Shown here one piece after another: positions 58,401 through 64,000 of a stretch of 64,000 bases of DNA. Below the pieces are notes generated by a model that worked only from the letters and a program-made list of their open reading frames with translations, made no database searches and was not told the DNA's origin. Positions within the stretch are counted from its first letter, which is position 1; every line of letters begins with the position of its first letter. The DNA lies in the NCBI GenBank assembly GCA_043228905.1, contig JBHGNT010000006.1:1-64000 (forward strand), written 5' to 3'. The position numbers and the translations under genes were made by a program. This DNA comes from Azolla caroliniana (Eukaryota > Plantae > Polypodiophyta).

Positions 58401-61400
58401 ATCGCATGTTTGAATACAAAAATCCGATATCACACGAGCCAGGTATGAACATTTTAATTTTCTCAAGGACTCCTCTCAACTGACTCCTCAAATTTGGTAA
58501 TTACGTCATGTCTCTCGACCTGAGTTTCAAAATCTTGATTTATTAATTCTATATGATAGCTAGCGTTGTTAGCTTCGATTCGCATGTTTGAACACAAAAA
58601 TCCGATATCACACGAGCCAGGTATGAACATTTTTATTTACCTACTAGCTCTTCTCAACTCACTCCTCAAATTTGGTAATTTCTTCATGTCTCTCGACCTG
58701 AGTTTCAAAATGTCGATTTTGTTATTCCATATCATAGCTAGCGTTGTTAGCTTCGATTCGCATGTTTGAACACAAAAATCCGATATCACACGAGCCAGGT
58801 ATGAACATTTTAATTTACTTAAGGACTCCTCTCAACTCACTCCTCAAATTTGGTAATTACGTCATGTCTCTCGACCTGAGTTTCAAAATCTTGATTTTTT
58901 AATTCCATATCATAGCTAGCGTTGTTAGCTTCGATTCGCATGTTTGAACACAAAAATCCGATATCACACGAGCCAGGTATGAACATTTTAATTTACCTAC
59001 TAGCTCTTCTCAACTCAATCCTCAAATTTGGAAATTTCGTCATGTCTCTCGACCTGAGTTTCAAAATCTTGATTTTTTAATTCCATATCATAGCTAGCGT
59101 TGTTAGCTTCGATTCGCATGTTTGAACATAAAAATCCGAGATCACACGAGCCAGGTATGAACATTTTTATTTACCTACTAGCTCTTCTCAACTCAATGCT
59201 CAAATTTGGTAATTACGTCATGTCTCTCGAGCTGAGTTTCAAAATCTTGATTTTTTAATTCTATATGATAGCTAGCATTGTTAGCTTCGAATCGCATGTT
59301 TGAATACAAAAATCCGATATCACACGAGCCAGGTATGAACATTTTAATTTACTCAAAGACTCCTCTCAACTGACTCCTCAAATTTGGTAATTACGTCATG
59401 TCTCTCGACCTGAGTTTCAAAATCTTGATTTTTTAATTCCATATCATAGCTAGCGTTGTTAGCTTCGATTTGCATGTTTGAACACAAATATCCGATATCA
59501 CACGAGCCAGGTATGAACATTTTAATTTACTCAAGCGCTCCTCTCAACTCACTCCTCAAATTTGGTAATTACGTCATGTCTCTCGACCTGAGTTTCAAAA
59601 TCTTGATTTTTTAATTCTATATGATAGCTAGCGTTGTTAGCTTCGATTCGCATGTTTAAACACAAAAATCCGATATCACACGAGCCAGGTATGAACATTT
59701 TAATTTACCTACTAGCTCTTCTCAACTAACTCCTCAAATTTGGTAATTTCGTCATGTCTATCGACCTGAGTTTCAAAATCTTGATTTTTTAATTCCATAT
59801 CATAGCTAGCGTTGTTAGCTTCGATTCGCATGTTTGTACACAAAAATCCGATATCACACGAGCCAGGTATGAACATTTTAATTTACTCAAGCGCTCCTCT
59901 CAACTCAGTCCTCAAATTTGGTAATTACGTCATGTCTCTCGACCTGAGTTTCAAAATCTTGATTTTTTAATTCTATATGATAGCTAGCGTTGTTAGCTTC
60001 GATTCGCATGTTTGAACACAAAAATCCGATATCACACGAGCCAGGTATGAACATTTTTATTTACCTACTAGCTCTTCTCAACTCAATGCTCAAATTTGGT
60101 AATTACGTCATGTCTCTCGAGGTGAGTTTCAAAATCTTGATTTTTTAATTCTATATGATAGCTAGCATTGTTAGCTTCGAATCGCATGTTTGAATACAAA
60201 AATCCGATATCACACGAGCCAGGTATGAACATTTTAATTTACTCAAGGACTCCTCTCAACTGACTCCTCAAATTTGGTAATTACGTCATGTCTCTCGACC
60301 TGAGTTTCAAAATCTTGATTTTTTAATTCTATATGATAGCTAGCGTTGTTAGCTTCGATTCTCATGTTTGAACACAAAAATCCGATATCACACGAGCCAG
60401 GTATGAACATTTTTATTTACCTACTAGCTCTTCTTAACTCACTCCTCAAATTTGGTAATTTCATCATGTCTCTCGACATGAGTTTCAAAATGTTGATTTT
60501 TTTATTCCATATCATAGCTATTGTTGTTAGCTTCGATTCGCATGTTTGAACACAAAAATCCGATATCACACGAGCCAGGTATGAACATTTTAATTTACTT
60601 AAGGGCTCCTCTCAACTCACTCCTCAAATTTGGTAATTACGTCATGTCTCTCGACCTGAGTTTCAAAATCTTGATTTTTTAATTCTATATGATAGCTAGC
60701 GTTGTTAGCTTCGATTCGCATGTTTGAACACAAAAATCCGATATCACACGAGCCAGGTATGAACATTTTAATTTACCTACTAGCTCTTCTCAACTCAATC
60801 CTCAAATTTGGTAATTTCGTCATGTCTCTCGACCTGAGTTTCAAAATCTTGATTTTTTAATTCCATATCATAGCTAGCGTTGTTAGCTTCGATTCGCATG
60901 TTTGTACACAAAAATCTGATATCACACGAGCCAGGTATGAACATTTTAATTTACCTACTAGCTCTTCTCAACTCACTCCTCAAATTTGGTAATTACGTCA
61001 TGTCTCTCGAGCTGATTTTCAAAATCTTGATTTTTTAATTCTATATGATAGCTAGCATTGTTAGCTTCCATTCGCATGTTTGAATACAAAAATCCGATAT
61101 CACACGAGCCAGGTATGAACATTTTAATTTACTCAAGGACTCCTCTCAACTGACTCCTCAAATTTGGTAATTTCGTCATGTCTCTCGACCTGAGTTTCAG
61201 AATCTTGATTTTTTAATTCCATATCATAGCTAGCGTTGTTAGCTTCGATTTGCATGTTTGAACACAAAAACCCGATATCACACGAGCCAGGTATGAACAT
61301 TTTAATTTAGTCAAGCGCTCCTCTCAACTCACTCCTCAAATTTGGTAATTACGTCATGTCTCTCGACCTGAGTTTCAAAATCTTGATTTTTTAATTCTAT

Positions 61401-61825
61401 ATGATAGCTAGCGTTGTTAGCTTCGATTCGCATGTTTGAATATAAAAATCCGATGTCACACGAGCCAGGTATGAACATTTTAATTTACCTACTAGCTCTT
61501 CTCAACTCACTCCTCAAATTTGGTAATTTTGTCATGTCTCTCGACCTGAGTTTCAGAATCTTGATTTTTTAATTCCATATCATAGCTAGCGTTGTTAGCT
61601 TCGATTCGCATGTTTGAACACAAAAATCCGATATCACACGAGCCAGGTATGAACATTTTAATTTACCTACTAGCTCTTCTCAACTCACTCCTCAAATTTG
61701 GTAATTTCTTCATGTCTCTCGACCTGAGTTTCAAAATGTTGATTTTCTTATTCCATATCATAGCTAGCGTTGTTAGCTTCGATTCGCATGTTTGAACACA
61801 AAAATCCGATATCACACGAGCCAGG

Positions 61826-64000
61826 TATGAACATTTTAATTTACCTACTAGGTCTTCTTAACTCAATCCTCAAATTTGGTAATTTCGTCATGTCTCTCGG
61901 CCTGACTTTCAAAATCTTGATTTTTTAATTCCATGTCATAGCTAGCGTTGTTAGCTTCGATTCGCATGTTTGTACACAGAAATCCGATATCACACGAGCC
62001 AGGTATGAACATTTTTATTTACCTACTAGCTCTTCTGAACTCACTCCACAAATTTGGTAATTACGTCATGTCTCTCGAGCTGAGTTTCAAAATCTTGATT
62101 TTTTAATTCTATATGATAGCTAGTATTGTTAGCTTCGATTCGCATGTTTGAATACAAAAATCCGATATCACACGAGCCAGGTACGAACATTTTAATTTAC
62201 TCAAGGGCTCCTCTCAACTCACTCCTGAAATTTGGTAATTACGTCATGTCTCTCAACCTGAGTTTCAAAATCTTGATTTTTTAATTCTATATGATAGCTA
62301 GCGTTGTTAGCTTCGATTTGCATGTTTGAACATAAAAATCCGATATCACACGAGCCAGGTATGAACATTTTTATTTACCTACTAGCTCTTCTCAACTCAA
62401 TCCTCAAATTTGGTAATTTCGTCATGTCTCTCGACCTGAGTTTCAAAATCTTGATTTTTTAATTCTATATGATAGCTAGCGTTGTTAGCTTCGATTCGCA
62501 TGTTTGAACACAAAAATCCGATATCACACGAGCCAGGTATAAACATTTTAATTTACCTACTAGCTCTTCTCAACTCAATCCTCAAATTTGATAATTTCGT
62601 CATGTCTCTCGACCTGAGTTTCAAAATCTTGATTTTTTAATTCCATATCATAGCTAGCGTTGTTAGCTTCGATTCGCATGTTTGAACACAAATATCCGAT
62701 ATCACACGAGCCAGGTATGAACATTTTAATTTACCTACTAGCTCTTCTCAACTCACTCCTCAAATTTGGTAATTTCTTCATGTCTCTCGACCTGAGTTTC
62801 AAAATGTTGATTTTCTTATTCCATATCATAGCTAGCGTTGTTAGCTTCGATTCGCATGTTTGTACACAAAAATCCGATATCACACGAGCCAGGTATGAAC
62901 ATTTTAATTTAGTCAAGCGCTCCTCTCAACTCACTGCTCAAATTTGGTAATTACGTCATGTCTCTCGACCTGAGTTTCAAAATCTTGATTTTTTAATTCT
63001 ATATGATAGCTAGCGTTGTTAGATTCGATTTGCATGTTTGAACACAAAAACCCGATATCACACGAGCCAGGTATGAACATTTTAATTTAGTCAAGCGCTC
63101 CTCTCAACTCACTCCTCAAATTTGGTAATTACGTCATGTCTCTCGACCTGAGTTTCAAAATCTTGATTTTTTAATTCCATATCATAGCTAGCGTTGTTAG
63201 CTTCGATTTGCATGTTTGAACACAAAAACCCGATATCACACGAGCCAGGTATGAACATTTTAATTTAGTCAAGCGCTCCTCTCAACTCACTGCTCAAATT
63301 TGGTAATTACGTCATGTCTCTCGACCTGAGTTTCAAAATCTTGATTTTTTAATTCTATATGATAGCTAGCGTTGTTAGATTCGATTTGCATGTTTGAACA
63401 CAAAAACCCGATATCACACGAGCCAGGTATGAACATTTTAATTTAGTCAAGCGCTCCTCTCAACTCACTCCTCAAATTTGGTAATTACGTCATGTCTCTC
63501 GACCTGAGTTTCAAAATCTTGATTTTTTAATTCTATATGATAGCTAGCGTTGTTAGCTTCGATTCGCATGTTTGAACATAAGAATCCGATATCATACGAG
63601 CCAGGTATGAACATTTTAATTTACCTACTAGCTCTTCTTAACTCAATCCTCAAATTTGGTAATTTCGTCATGTCTCTCGGCCTGAGTTTCAAAATCTTGA
63701 TTTTTTAATTCCATGTCATAGCTAGCGTTGTTAGCTTCGATTCGCATGTTTGTACACAGAAATCCGATATCACACGAGCCAGGTATGAACATTTTTATTT
63801 ACCTACTAGCTCTTCTGAACTCACTCCACAAATTTGGTAATTACGTCATGTCTCTCGAGCTGAGTTTCAAAATGTTGATTTTTTAATTCTATATGATAGC
63901 TAGCATTGTTAGCTTCGATTCGCATGTTTGAATACAAAAATCCGATATCACACGAGCCAGGTATGAACATTTTAATTTACTCAAGGACTCCTCTCAACTG
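61826..64000. repeat. Non-adjacent copy of block ~44820-46994 (at least 12 monomers)
   Basis: GGTCTTCTTAA at 44845 and 61851, ORF hits at 45654 and 62660, and GGACTCCTCTCAACTG at 46981 and 63987. The constant offset is 17006 = 96x178-82. Confidence 0.87.

Larger units (their letters stand above)
4235..64000. repeat. 178-bp tandem satellite array (telomere-adjacent; subtelomeric or possibly centromeric), single orientation, continues past the window end
   Basis: Monomer read from the sequence: GGTATGAACATTTTAATTTACCTACTAGCTCTTCTCAACTCAATCCTCAAATTTGGTAATTTCGTCATGTCTCTCGACCTGAGTTTCAAAATCTTGATTTTTTAATTCCATATCATAGCTAGCGTTGTTAGCTTCGATTCGCATGTTTGAACACAAAAATCCGATATCACACGAGCCA (178 nt). GGTAT recurs at 4235, 4413 and so on to 63960. 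63960-4235 = 336x178 - 83, which the three deletions seen (1+81+1 bp) account for exactly. Confidence 0.99.

Noticed and set aside
6850-62950. Repeated 61-96 aa ORFs (MLASIRMFEHK..., MTKLKCSY..., MRSQLRG...) as a multicopy small-protein family
   Set aside because: They are translations through satellite monomers. The + strand ORFs begin at TTG, not ATG, and appear only where a substitution (TTTTAA to TTTTTA or TTCTTA) removes a stop. No domain or gene structure is recognisable. They were useful only as HOR markers.
4235-64000. CRISPR array or other repeat-spacer system
   Set aside because: There are no unique spacers because the whole 178 bp repeats. There are no cas genes, and the context is a eukaryotic telomere.
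4235-64000. Identity with Arabidopsis CEN178 or Brassica CentBr because of similar length
   Set aside because: I see no sequence resemblance to those consensus sequences as I recall them, and there is no HindIII AAGCTT site in the consensus. Monomer length alone is not diagnostic, so family assignment needs a database search.
4235-64000. 5S rDNA, tRNA-derived or rDNA spacer tandem array
   Set aside because: No 5S rRNA coding sequence, tRNA cloverleaf or recognisable rRNA segment is present in the monomer.
4235-64000. Inversions, interstitial telomere repeats or transposon insertions within the array
   Set aside because: None were seen on reading through, and the register arithmetic (336x178-83) is fully explained by the three deletions.

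Overview
Left end of a plant-type (TTTAGGG) eukaryotic chromosome. Bases 1-4234 are a ~4.2 kb (CCCTAAA)n telomere. It joins directly, with no unique or degenerate spacer, to a head-to-tail 178-bp AT-rich (~36% GC) satellite that fills the rest of the window (4235-64000, 336 monomer units plus a partial one). I see no real genes, RNA genes, transposons or CRISPR arrays, and every listed ORF is a chance read-through of the satellite. The interest lies in array architecture. There are two monomer subtypes, nested higher-order repeats and duplications (2-, 3-, 8-, 14-, 15-, 21-, 29- and 52-monomer periods), two variant domains that switch near 33.4 kb, one microhomology-flanked 81-bp deletion, and an abrupt telomere junction that truncates a duplicated block. 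Together these suggest a healed break, and possibly a telocentric end. I cannot identify the species or satellite family from sequence alone.
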